A stretch of 64,000 nt of DNA, from contig OY820905.2 of assembly GCA_963555755.3 (NCBI GenBank), forward strand, positions 2,176,001-2,240,000, written 5' to 3'. This document shows, piece by piece, positions 42,009 through 52,620 of this stretch. The DNA is from Nitrospirales bacterium (GTDB lineage Bacteria; Nitrospirota; Nitrospiria; Nitrospirales; UBA8639). The notes beneath the pieces were generated by a model that was not told the DNA's origin, did not search any database, and saw nothing but the letters and a program-made list of their open reading frames with translations. Each line of letters opens with the position of its first letter. Position 1 is the first letter of the stretch. Both the position numbers and the translations under genes were made by a program.

Positions 42009-43110
42009 CGCGGATTCATATAATAAGTGCAATTTCTCTCACCACCCGAATTGGGTAGGATGAGGGGCTAAACCAATTCATGTTACCGGAGGAATTGCAC
42101 CTATGAAACACTACAAACACCTATGCAATGAAGAACGGTTTTACATCTGGCAAGCGCTGCGAGAAGGGAACACGCAACAGCAGATTGCTGAGACCCTTGG
42201 CCGGTCCCCCTCAACACTTAGTCGAGAACTCAAACGGAATACCTATCCGCAGTGTCATGTGTATACCTATCACTGGGCCAGGCAGATCGTGAAACATCGA
42301 AAACACGACGCGAATCGACAGAAGTCTCGCACGCTCACGGATGAACACGCGCAATTGATCACACAGCTCGTTCGGCAATACTTAAGCCCGGAGCAAGTCA
42401 GTGGGTATCTCAAACAGCATCATGCTCTGAGCCTCAGTCACGAAACGATTTATCGGTTCATCTACAGTGATGGCACCCGAAAAGCGGAATTGCAACCGTT
42501 TCTTCGTCAAGGGGGGCGCCATCGCCGCAAGCGATATGGCTCAGGCGCTCGCGCCTCCTGTATCCCCAATCGCAACTCGATCACGGAGCGTCCCCACGAA
42601 GTGGACAAGAAAGAACGCCTCGGGGATTGGGAGTGTGATACGGTAATTGGGAAAGATCGAAAAAGCGTGCTGGTGACGGTGGTAGACCGAGCCTCCTTGT
42701 ATACGGTCTGCTCTCGAGTCTTGAGTCGGTCCGCCCACGTATTGAGCCAAGCCATCATCCCACTCCTTCGCCCCTTCAAAGAGCGTGTGAAGACCCTCAC
42801 CTTTGATAATGGCTCAGAGTTTGTGAAACATGAACGAATTGCCTGCGCCCTTGAGGCCACCACCTTTTTTGCCCATCCCTATTCCTCCTGGGAACGAGGC
42901 ATCAATGAAAACACCCATGGACTTCTGCGACAGTTTTTCCCGAAGCGAACAGACTTTAGCAAGATATCATGGCACCAGGTACAGGAGGCGGTCGCCCATC
43001 TCAATAACCGTCCCAGAAAAACACGGGGGTATCGAACCCCCAACCAACTTTTCAACAATCACTTCGTCCCACTGATTAAGAAATGATTGCACTTACTACT
43101 TGAATTCAAG
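42009..43110 (+). mobile_element. IS30-family insertion sequence
   Basis: Imperfect 25-bp TIRs ending taagtgcaat around the transposase. Confidence 0.85.
42103..43086 (+). CDS. IS30-family transposase
   Basis: HTH LGRSPSTLSRELKRN, SHETIY, GDWECDTV, TFDNGSEF, PYSSWERGINEN, NNRPRK. Confidence 0.95.
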   Translation: MKHYKHLCNEERFYIWQALREGNTQQQIAETLGRSPSTLSRELKRNTYPQCHVYTYHWARQIVKHRKHDANRQKSRTLTDEHAQLITQLVRQYLSPEQVSGYLKQHHALSLSHETIYRFIYSDGTRKAELQPFLRQGGRHRRKRYGSGARASCIPNRNSITERPHEVDKKERLGDWECDTVIGKDRKSVLVTVVDRASLYTVCSRVLSRSAHVLSQAIIPLLRPFKERVKTLTFDNGSEFVKHERIACALEATTFFAHPYSSWERGINENTHGLLRQFFPKRTDFSKISWHQVQEAVAHLNNRPRKTRGYRTPNQLFNNHFVPLIKK

Positions 43111-43197
43111 TTCCTATTCGCCCAATTCACGAACGGGGATAATGCGGCCAAAAAGTTGATAGGCCCAATCATCGTTGAACGCACTCCTGGGATCCCG

Positions 43198-43476
43198 CTA
43201 GAAGGTCACCTCCCCACCCGCAAAGAACCCGTCGAAGCCCAGGTCCGACGCATTGTCGACCAATCGGCCCTGGCTGCCACGATCAACAAACTCGATGACC
43301 TCGACCACGTTGAACCAGTTCTGGAACTCGTAGCCGCCGCGGAGGCGAAACACCCACCCGTTCTCGGAGTCCCACTCCCACCCCGCACCGATCGCCGCTT
43401 CGAGGACTGGAACGATCACATTCCTCAAGTCGCGACTCATGTCGACATAGAGCCCATTCCCGCCCACATCGTTTTG
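43198..43476 (-). pseudogene. C-terminal part of a porin-like beta-barrel gene split by IS1634
   Basis: RGGYEFQNWFN...LGFDGFFAGGEVTF* (terminal Phe); joins 45327-46268 in frame. Confidence 0.8.
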
Positions 43477-43481
43477 TCTGA

Positions 43482-45326
43482 CGGATCTTCCCCCCATGTT
43501 TTCACCCTAAGCTGTTGGAATCCTTTAGGAAAAAGGTAGATTGCTCGCTATAATGTAGGCATGTAATTATTGAATTTGCATTGCTATAATGCGAAATATA
43601 TGCTACATATAAAGCATGTATATCGCCAGCGTCCCCAACCGCACGTCCCCGCCCGCCATTTTGTTGCGTGAAAGCTACCGGGAGGATGGCAAGGTCAAGA
43701 CCCGGACCCTGGCCAATCTCACCTCATGGCCCCCGGTCCGTGTGGACGCGCTCAAGCGCTGCCTCTGCGGGGATTTCGATGGAACGGGAGACGATGAGGC
43801 CCCAGTCAGCGATCGGATCTTTGGCGTGCTCTTCGCCCTCAAAGCGCTGGCCCAGCGAGTCGGGATTGTCTCGGCCTTGGGGCAGAAGGCTGTCGCAACG
43901 CTCGCGCTATTTCTCGTGCTGGCACGGGTCGCCCACCAGGGCTCGCGGCTGTCGGCGGTGCGGTGGGCGGCCGACCATGCGGTGGCTGAAGTCCTGGGCC
44001 TGCCCGCCTTTGACGAGGATGACCTGTACGAGGCCTTAGACTGGTTGGGCACCCAACAAGCAGCCATCGAGAAGAAACTGTATCGGGCCTCTGTCCAGCG
44101 GACCGGCCAGCCCCCAGTCTTGGTGCTCTATGACGTGACCTCCTCCTATTTTGAGGGGGACAAGAATGAACTGGCCGCCTATGGGGATAACCGGGACGGC
44201 AAGAAACACAAGAAGCAGATTGTCATTGGCTTGCTGACAGGGCCGGATGGTGAGCCGCTGGCCGTCACGGTGTTCAAGGGGAATACGGCGGATCCCCGCA
44301 CGGTCGCCGAGCAGATTGAACGGATCAAGACCCAGTTCAAGATCACCGACGTCGTGTGTGGGGGGGATCGGGGGATGGTGAAAGCCGCAGGCAAGGCGGC
44401 CCTCACCGAGCAGGGACTCAAGTACCTCACCGCCCTCACTGACCCGCAGATTCGCACCTTGCTGAAGAAAGATGTGCTCCAACTCAATTTGTTTGATGAG
44501 ACGATACAGGAAGTGGAGGAAGGCGCTCGTCGGCTGATTCTGCGGCGGAACGAGGCGTTGCGCCACACGGTGGCCACGCGACGGCAGGACAAGGTGGCCA
44601 CGCTGCAGCAGAAAGTCGCGGCGCGCAATGCGTTTGTCCAGACGGCCACGCGGGCCACCCCGGCGGCGGGACAGCGGCAGCTGACCCAGTGGGCCAAGAA
44701 GCACAAGCTCTCCACCTTCATCACGCTCGCCCTTCAGGATACTCAGCTCATAATCGAGATCGATGAGGCCAAGCAGGCCGATGCGGCCCTGTTGGATGGC
44801 TGCTCGGTGCTGGAGACGGATGTCGCCCGGGAGACGATGGAGCCCTCGACGGTGGATGCCCGGTACCGGGATCTGCAACGGGTGGAACGCGACTTCCGGA
44901 CAATGAAGACGGGCTTGCTCGAACTGCGCCCCATCTTTGTGCGGAAGGAGTGCCGCACCCGTGGTCATGTCTTCGCCTCGATGCTCGCCCTGAAAGTGGC
45001 ACGGGAAGGCGAGCGAGGCCTGAAGGAGGCGTTTGGGACGACGGAGCAGAGTGCCCAGGCACTCACGCTCGATGATGCTCTGGCGGCCCTGTCACGGTTG
45101 TGTTTCCAACGCCAGGAGATCGGCGGGCAAGAGGTGCTGCAACTGGCTCGACCCGATGCCCGACAGGCGGCCATCTTTACCGCATTGGGGATCACCCCTC
45201 CCACCACCACACGGCCAGCCAAGGGGCACATGTAGGCAGAAGCGCGGCCACGCCAAGACCGTGACTTCTTCAATGACATCAAGAGGTTAGAGCCAAAAAC
45301 TCGCCTAAAACTCGGGGGAAGATCCG
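43482..45326 (+). mobile_element. IS1634-family insertion sequence (1845 bp)
   Basis: TIR cggatcttccccc/gggggaagatccg; 5-bp TSD tctga (43477-43481, 45327-45331). Confidence 0.92.
43616..45235 (+). CDS. IS1634-family transposase
   Basis: LLRESYREDGKVKTRTLANL, LYDVTSSYFEG, GDRGM, YRDLQRVERDFRTMK; a few unusual substitutions (YGDNRD, VCGGDRG) suggest decay. Confidence 0.92.
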   Translation: MYIASVPNRTSPPAILLRESYREDGKVKTRTLANLTSWPPVRVDALKRCLCGDFDGTGDDEAPVSDRIFGVLFALKALAQRVGIVSALGQKAVATLALFLVLARVAHQGSRLSAVRWAADHAVAEVLGLPAFDEDDLYEALDWLGTQQAAIEKKLYRASVQRTGQPPVLVLYDVTSSYFEGDKNELAAYGDNRDGKKHKKQIVIGLLTGPDGEPLAVTVFKGNTADPRTVAEQIERIKTQFKITDVVCGGDRGMVKAAGKAALTEQGLKYLTALTDPQIRTLLKKDVLQLNLFDETIQEVEEGARRLILRRNEALRHTVATRRQDKVATLQQKVAARNAFVQTATRATPAAGQRQLTQWAKKHKLSTFITLALQDTQLIIEIDEAKQADAALLDGCSVLETDVARETMEPSTVDARYRDLQRVERDFRTMKTGLLELRPIFVRKECRTRGHVFASMLALKVAREGERGLKEAFGTTEQSAQALTLDDALAALSRLCFQRQEIGGQEVLQLARPDARQAAIFTALGITPPTTTRPAKGHM

Positions 45327-46268
45327 TCTGAGATCTGCCTCAATTTCCCCGGCCAGCAGTGAGGCTGCGCCCATCCCAAAGATACTGAACCCGTGTCCGG
45401 CCTCCCAGATCCCTTCGACCCCCCCGCGGACCCCATAGACGCTCATGTCCACTGAACTGTTGGAAATACCTGTGGTGAATTCGTCCCCGGTGTAGATCAC
45501 ATCGAAGGTCTGATCCAGGCTCGCATAGCGCAAGCCACCAAAGGTCCGCATGTCCAGTGTGTCGCTCACGACAAAGTTATACCCCGCTTCTATGTCGAAC
45601 ACGTCCAACTTGATTTGGGAAGTGGCCGACGCCGCGTCGGCATTATCCCGGCCATCAGGATGCCACAGCGTAGGTCTCAGGGTGTGACTATCTGCGGGCA
45701 CCATGACGCTATCTGATTCGTTGGCATCCAACCCGGTGTAACGCAGGATCACGTTCCCCCCGGTATTCGGGAAGCGATAGCCGAGTGCGGCCCGCAGGCC
45801 GACTTCGTAGTCATACTCCACCTCCTGGATGCCCCCAATCCCAACTGTTAGGGTGTCCGGGTTAGACCCGGTGGCGTAGTGCAACTGGTTGGTGCTGGGA
45901 CGCAAGAAGATGGCTTCTAAGGACGCATAGATGTTGCCCGTCTGATCGGCCGCGGTCCATGGCACTGGCGCGCTACCGGGCCCCATGCGGCCGCTCACGC
46001 CAGCGGTTTCCACGGCCCCGCCGCCGACTTCGAGCTGTTCGCGCGCAACGGCCAACTCGTCCTGGGTCTGGCGCAAGGCTTTCTCGGCCCTGCGCGCCCG
46101 CGCCACGGCCGCATTCGCTTGCACCGTTGCCACCTTCACCTTCAACTCTAGAATCATCTGGAAGAGCTCCGCATTGGACGGGCCCTCCGCTCCTGCCGGT
46201 AGGACAAACAGCATTCCCAACATCACGAACAGGGCACAGGCTGTTCCTTGACGCAATCCAGAATTCAT
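45327..46268 (-). pseudogene. N-terminal part of a porin-like (Lpg1974-like) outer-membrane protein split by IS1634
   Basis: Signal peptide, coiled coil, beta-strands (GLRAALGY, FDIEAGY, GGLRYASLDQ); reconstructed gene 406 aa. Confidence 0.8.
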
Positions 46269-46682
46269 GAGGTACCTCCTTCGTCTCCCACGGGCAATTT
46301 CGTCCCAGGCATACAGGGGCCCCTATCCGGCCGCGTTACAATGGTTACTATGAGTGAACCCCATGGATAGGATTTTAATAGGGGCTTTTGACCTGCAATG
46401 AAAGTACTAAATAACTTATTTAGGGGTCAATCATCGGACTCCGTCGTTTGACATGTGGGAGTGCCTCTAGGGCGGAGGGTCTGACCGGCCCATTTTTCCA
46501 GGATCGGGCCAGACTGTCGCTCCATTGTGGGTGTGAGTGGGGGAATTGGGCAAAGGGGGAGTGTCGGTTCGGGCACGGAACCGGAAATTAGAGTGAGATT
46601 AGGCTGTTTGCATGAACGCGTCGAGACGGGCTGGGGCGCGTGGTGGCGCCCGAGTGGGCAAGCCCAGATGCGCGAGTATAGG

Positions 46683-47276
46683 GTAGAGTAGAACACTGGT
46701 GCTCACCTGGAGCTACTCTCGACCGCTTCGACGCACGCGTCTACCACGGACCACAGCAGTCAGCCATTCCCAGCGTCCCCTCATCAGTAGGGTCGAGGAC
46801 TGGCGCGCCAACGGTAGGGTTCGGTGGCTCCTCCACCCCTTTCGGAGTGGGCCTCAGTCCGACTCCCCTGGTCACGTTTCCAGTCCCCGCCACCTCAAAC
46901 CCGGCGTGCTGATTTCCAGCACCAGGCTTTCCTGGATGCTTCACCTCAAGGGTTATGTGACCTATCGGTCTGGAAAGGCTTTCACGCCGACCCGCTGTAC
47001 CGCACTCGGTAATCTCCAAACAAACCAAGCACCGTGTAGAGCCAGACCTTACTCCACCTCTTCCAGCCAAAGCCGCGACGGTGGCGCACTCGCATCATGT
47101 GACGCCGGACCTTCCGCTCCACCCAATCCTTCACGTAGGATAAACACCGACTCGCATGCCCAATCCGGAAGTAGTTCACCCAGCCCCGTACGATCGGATT
47201 GATCATGGCGATCATCCGTCCCACCGGCTGGGACTGCCCACGTCGGAACACCTCCTTGAGCTTCCGCAGCAACGCT
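46683..47276 (-). mobile_element. Older 5'-truncated twintron copy (RT 3' end, inner DV-DVI, outer DVI)
   Basis: Diverged duplicate of 47301-47893; inner end ccctac at 46787; outer end ctctac at 46683. Confidence 0.88.
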
Positions 47277-47404
47277 GAAAAGGAAAAGAAAAGGAAAAGG
47301 GTAGAGTAGAGCACTGGTGCATACATGGAGCTGCTCTCGAACGCTTCGACGCACGCGTCTACCACGGACCATAGCAGTCAACAATTCCCAGCGCCCCCTC
47401 ATCA

Positions 47405-49398
47405 GTAGGGTCGAGGACTGGCGCGCCAACGGTAGGGGTCGGTGGCTCCTCCACCCCTTTCAGAGTGGGCCTCAATCCGACTCCCCTGGTCACGGTTCCA
47501 GTCCCCGCCACCTCAAACCCGGCGTGCTGATTTCCAGCACCGGGCTTTCCTGGATGCTTCACCTCAAGGGTTATGTGACCTATCAGCCTGGAAGGACTTT
47601 CATGCCGACCCGTTGTACCGCACTCGGTAATCTCCATATAAGCCAAGTACCGTGTAGAGCCAAACCTTACTCCACCTCTTCCAGCCAAAACCTCGACGGT
47701 GGCGCACTCGCATCATGTGCCGCCGGACCTTCCGCTCCACCCAATCCTTCACGTAGGATAAACACCGACTCGCATGCCCAATCCGGAAGTAGTTCACCCA
47801 GCCCCGTACGATCGGATTGATCATGGCGATCATCCGTCCCACCGGCTGGGATTGCCCGCGTCGGAACACTTCCTTGAGCTTCCGCAGCAACGCGGTGCGC
47901 CGCTTCACCTTCGGTATGTACTGCGGGCGCCACACTCCACGCCGCGACCGCACACGCCGAAAGTCAAAGCCCAGAAAGCCGAAGCTGCCTCCCTGACTCA
48001 GGTCCACGATCCGGCTCTTCTCCTCATTCACCTGAAGGTCTAATTGGGCCAACGCCTCTCGCAGCTTCCGCTCCGCAACCTGCGCCAGTCGTGCGTGGCG
48101 GCGATAGCCATCCACTAACACGACGAGGTCATCCGCAAACCGGACATACTCGAGATACGTATACTGGCCCTGCCGGGTTGTCTCCTTCAGCTGCTCCAGC
48201 CTCTCATCCACTTCCGTGAGATAGAGGTTGGCCAGCAGCGGGGAAATCACACCCCCTTGAGGCACCCCACGCGGGCCGGACGCCTTGACGATGAGTTTCA
48301 CCAGCCGCAGGATCGCGGGATCCTGGATGCGTCGGGCCACCTTCGCCAGCAGCCGGTCATGCCGCACCGTGTCGAAGAAGGCCGCCAGATCCACATCAAT
48401 CACTCGCGTCTTGTTCTGCACCATCGCCTGAGCCACCCGGCCAATCGCCTGATGGGCTGTCCGTTTCGGTCGATACCCATACGACCCGTCCCGAAAATCC
48501 GCCTCAAAGATCGGTTCCAGCAGGAGCTTGAGCGCTCCCTGTACCACGCGGTCCCGAATCGCGGGTATCCCTAAGACGCGGACTCGTCCACCGCCTTTCG
48601 AAATCTCCACGTGCCGGTTCCGCATCGGTCGGTAGGTCTGCGTGACCAGTTCGTCCCGTAGTCGTGCAAGAAAGGGCTCCACCCCCGTGGCCTCGATGAC
48701 CGCAAACGTCACCCCATCAATGCCGGGGGCTCCGTTGTTCTTCTTCGCCATCGAATAGGCCGCGCGTAGCGTCGCCTCTTTGCACACGTGGACGTACAGG
48801 CCCCACACCCGCCATCGCTTCTCAGCCTTCGCCTTGACGTAGAGCCGCTGTCGCAGGTCTTGCAGTGTAATGGACGCCGTTGTCATCTCGTCCCTGCCTC
48901 CCATGTTGATCACAGCCTACAGCCAGTAGGGCTCCTTTGCTCCACAGGCATTACCCTGCTTCCTCGCTCCTACGAGCCCCTCCGCCACCCTCTCGTCTTC
49001 GACTCACTTCCCAGAGAGCTGGTTATAGAGCCGATCTTCCTCCAGGGATTTCTCCCTGGGACGAGGAGGGCTTCTCCAGTTGCGTCGTCTGTCCTTGCTC
49101 CCGTGCTGTCGCTCTCACCCCGCCGGAGTGGCCAGGCGTCTCAGCCTTGGTTCGCCTGTCCATGCCGTCTTCGTCCTACGGACAGGGACTCGACCTCCGA
49201 GGTTTCATACTTTCGAGGCTACCTCTGCGTTCACTTGCGTTACGGCCCGGGAACTCGCTCACCATCCTCTACGATGGCTTTGTCGATGGGCTTCAGCGTC
49301 TCGGTTTCTCTCCACGCTGCCATCCAAGCTACAGGGCTCCGGCTCTTACCCTGGTGGGCTTGCTTCCCACTGAACAGTCTCGCCTTACCTGGACACAC
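47405..49398 (-). mobile_element. Inner RT-encoding group II intron
   Basis: 5' GTGTG; DV aagcccggtgctggaaatcagcacgccgggttt; DVI ending ctcgaccctac; intact IEP. Confidence 0.92.
47600..48913 (-). CDS. ltrA: Group II intron reverse transcriptase/maturase, no endonuclease domain (start probably 48886)
   Basis: GAPGIDG, LGIPAIRDRVVQ, SYGYRP, PQGGVISPLLANLYL, RFADD, maturase RGWVNYF. Confidence 0.95.
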   Translation of the reverse strand: MINMGGRDEMTTASITLQDLRQRLYVKAKAEKRWRVWGLYVHVCKEATLRAAYSMAKKNNGAPGIDGVTFAVIEATGVEPFLARLRDELVTQTYRPMRNRHVEISKGGGRVRVLGIPAIRDRVVQGALKLLLEPIFEADFRDGSYGYRPKRTAHQAIGRVAQAMVQNKTRVIDVDLAAFFDTVRHDRLLAKVARRIQDPAILRLVKLIVKASGPRGVPQGGVISPLLANLYLTEVDERLEQLKETTRQGQYTYLEYVRFADDLVVLVDGYRRHARLAQVAERKLREALAQLDLQVNEEKSRIVDLSQGGSFGFLGFDFRRVRSRRGVWRPQYIPKVKRRTALLRKLKEVFRRGQSQPVGRMIAMINPIVRGWVNYFRIGHASRCLSYVKDWVERKVRRHMMRVRHRRGFGWKRWSKVWLYTVLGLYGDYRVRYNGSA

Positions 49399-50040
49399 AA
49401 CCGTGCGTATAGTTTTCCCATACACGGCTTTCCGATGTTCTTCTTCCAGAGGCATGCGTCTGTCATTAGCCAATAGCCAAATTCAGACTTGGCCTTCCGA
49501 GATAGTTTCCTCTGTAGTGTCCTGATCGTACTTGGGGTTGATAGCGCGATGGCAATCCCCGGATCCTCCACTCGTCGAAAACGCGAACAAAGTAGGGTCC
49601 CTTCCCTCGGGCCGGGTTGTGTTGTCCCAGGCCCTCCAACGGTACTATGAACCCCTCCGACTCCCACGACGGCCCCTGACGATTTCGGTATCCCTTATAC
49701 GTCGGGGTTGCTGGCTCTATCCCAGCACCGTCGCGGGTCTCCCGTCCTGCACGGTGTCTCTTCCACCACATGCCATCCCTGCTACCCCGGAAGATCCTGA
49801 GGGTGGGTGTTCGTTCTACTCCCTCAGACAGCGGCCTTCCCCTTCTGACCACAGGGTCGGCATCTCCAAATAAGTCACGAGGCTACGTCTAGGTTCGCTT
49901 GCGCTACGGCCTGCAGCTTTGCCCATGGGAAACTTCAACCCCTGATTACTCAGACGCTGCTTCCCGGTGCTAGAAAGGTGTACGAACAACTCCTTTCGCG
50001 GGACTTTAACCCGCTAGACACACCGCCGATGACGGCATGC

Positions 50041-50496
50041 GGTCAAATCTTTGGTTGAAAAGGGGTCAAATCTTTGGTTGAGAGTTTCGCTTCAAACTCC
50101 TCGCCGCTCTTGCACCCACTGCTTTTTTCTGGGAGCGCCATCTTCTCTTCCGAGCAGGGGGCGTAATCTAAAGTTTTAGTCAACCAAAGATTTGACCCCT
50201 TTTTCGCGTCGGAACACCTCCTTGAGCTTCCGCAGCAACGCTGAAAAGGGGTCAAAATCTTTGGTTGAGAGTTTCGCTTCAAACTCCTCGCCGCTCTTGC
50301 ATCCACTGCTTTTTTCTGGGAGCGCCATCTTCTCTTCCGAAAAGGGGTCAAATCTTTGGTTGAGAGTTTCGCTTCAAACTCCTCGCCGCTCTTGCATCCA
50401 CTGCTTTTTTCTGGGAGCGCCATCTTCTCTTCCGAGCAGGGGGCGTAATCTAAAGTTTTAGTCAACCAAAGATTTGACCCCTTTTTGACCCCTTTT
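50041..50496. repeat. Tandem array of family G elements (full 50058-50203, truncated 50244-50339, full 50340-50485) with a 36-bp RT-gene segment at 50207-50242
   Basis: Direct inspection; near-identical to 41840-41985. Confidence 0.9.
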
Positions 50497-50538
50497 CACA
50501 AGCTTTGGCAATAGCCACATATTCTCACGACCCTGAAA

Positions 50539-51586
50539 TGTGTTTCGTTTCAGCACATGTTGGACACATGAGGGGGGATTGTGAAGGTGATGTTTTTGGC
50601 TCATCGTAGTTCATGAAAGGAGCGATGATGAAGCCCAAACAGGACACCAAAGTTGAAGCGGACAAGCTGGTCCGAGACATCAAGCGAGCGACGCGGCGGA
50701 AGTTCACTGCCGAAGAGAAGATCCGGATCGTACTGGCCGGCTTACGTGGCGAAGAAAGTATCGCTGAGCTGTGCCGCCGTGAGGGCCTCCACCAGAATTT
50801 GTAGTACCGCTGGAGCAAGGAGTTTCTGGAAGCAGGGAAAACGCGCTTGGCCGGGAATGCTGAGCGTGACGCCAGCAGTGGCGATGTCAGCCGGCTGCGT
50901 AAGGAATCTGCTCAGCTCAAGGACGCCCTCGCCGAGATGCTGCTGGCGAACCGGCGGCTCCAAAAAAGCGTACTCGGGACTGGGGCGGACGCTTGATGAG
51001 ATATACGGCAGCGGAAAAGCTGGAGATCATCCGCACCGTCGAGGACAGGTCGCTCGGGAGCAAGCAGACGCTGGCGCCGCTGGGCATTCCCAAGGCCACG
51101 TGTTACCACTGGTACGACCGGTACCTGCCCGGCGGCGTGGCGGCTCTGGACGACCGGAAGCCTGTGCCCCACGCTATATGGAAGAAGGTGCCAGCGAATG
51201 TTCGGCAAGCCCTTGTCGAGATGGCATTTGATCTGTCTGAGCTCTCCCCGCGGGAGTTGGCTATCAGCTTTACTGACGAACGTCGCTCTTTCATCTCTGA
51301 AGCCACCGCCTACCGCATCCTCAAAGAGCATGATCTGGGCACCTCTCCAGCCTGGATCGGCATGAAGGCGGCAGGTTTAGCCAAAAAACAACGCCCCAAA
51401 CTGCTTAGTGATAATGGACCATGCTACATCTCAGCAGAATTGCAGGATTGGCTGAAGGAAAATGGGCTGAGTCACACTCGCCGCAAGCCCTACCATCCGA
51501 TGACGCAAGGCAAAATCGAGCGCTGGCACCGCTCGCTGAAAAAAGGCCAGGTTCGGGAAAGGCTGCATCCCACTACACGCCAATGA
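50539..51586 (+). pseudogene. Degenerate IS3-family element
   Basis: OrfA RRKFTAEEKIRIVL interrupted by TAG 50802; OrfB with internal deletion retaining SDNG, HPMTQGKIERWH. Confidence 0.85.
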
Positions 51587-51597
51587 CCTCACGGATT

Positions 51598-51972
51598 TTA
51601 AGGTTCAAGGCACACGCGACTCATTTGATCAAACACAGTTTGAAAATCATGAATCGCATCTTGTAATTCGGTTTCCACCTGGGCGAGGTCGCGTACCTTC
51701 CTGGGCACCTCAGACTGATAGGTCAGGCAGTCCTGTAGGGTTGTTTGATTCACAATCATATTATGTTTACAGACTTCCAAGGTGGCGAAGGCCACATTGG
51801 TGGTGGATTCTGCCTGTCCGACCTCTCGCTCTTTAGCCTGAACAGCGTCTTGTGCTCTCGTCAGTTTGGTCAGGGCTCCTCTACAAGCAAGGTCTCCTGG
51901 GGCAGCCCACAACAACCCACCCCCCATGAAGAGAAGACTGAAAAATGAAACAAATAAGATTGATAATTTCAT
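51598..51972 (-). CDS. Secreted hypothetical helical protein
   Basis: Signal peptide MKLSILFVSFFSLL, four Cys. Confidence 0.65.
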   Translation of the reverse strand: MKLSILFVSFFSLLFMGGGLLWAAPGDLACRGALTKLTRAQDAVQAKEREVGQAESTTNVAFATLEVCKHNMIVNQTTLQDCLTYQSEVPRKVRDLAQVETELQDAIHDFQTVFDQMSRVCLEP

Positions 51973-52620
51973 GGCAGTCCGTCGGAACATCCTAAATGAA
52001 TTGAACACGATTGGCCTCAATACTACTATCAGGGTTGGAGAAGGAAGGAAACAAGCCCCTCGAAAGAGGGGGGGGGCGCGACAGGAAGGGTGGCTGTTTG
52101 AAGCATCCTCGCCCTAGCCTCTCATCTGGCGGGCTGTCGTTCTCATAAGTCCTGTGAAGCCACCGCATGTCTCGACGGGTGGATACATGCTTTTTCCCCG
52201 TATGGTCAAAAAAACTTATCCAACCTTGCGGTATCTATAGTATTCAAATATTTCATTGGGAACGAATTTATAGAAGGGACAGGGGGTCGCGATTTTCCTC
52301 GTCTGATTTCCTCAATAAGGCCACTTACCTATGTTTTTATCCTTTACAATTTTAACGTAATGAAATACCTTATGTCTTCTCCGGTGAAGCCCAAATCTTT
52401 TGAACTCAACAACCATGTAATCTCAACTTGCGCGGGGCAGGTCTTATGATCTGCAGCGAAGAGGGCTCCTGCCAAGGAGGGCGGGGCCCTCTTTTTTTTT
52501 CTTCTTGTACAAGGGGCAAACACGCGACAAAGTAGACAAGGCGGCGGGGGTGGCGAGTAGGGCACCCGACGACTACGGCATCATCAAGGGCGCGGTGCAT
52601 TTTGCCGCGTTCAAATCAGA

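Larger units (their letters stand above)
47301..50040 (-). ncRNA. Outer ORF-deleted group II intron (segments 50040-49399 and 47404-47301)
   Basis: DV aagccgtgtatgggaaaactatacgcacggtt rejoins tgatgagggggcgctgg...ccagtgctctactctac; RT remnant TPSTIRTLQRKLSRKAKSE; removal restores the G-element TIR agatttgacc|ccttttc. Confidence 0.8.

Noticed and set aside
44036..44968. 310-aa minus-strand ORF
   Set aside because: Antisense shadow of the IS1634 transposase
46683..48913. Diversity-generating retroelement or retron (RT next to a near-duplicate)
   Set aside because: The RT has a maturase domain and full group II RNA ends; differences between the duplicates are not confined to adenines
50205..50243. 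CRISPR-like spacer acquired against the intron
   Set aside because: It matches the sequence directly flanking the other G end (47241-47276), so a flank duplication is the simpler explanation
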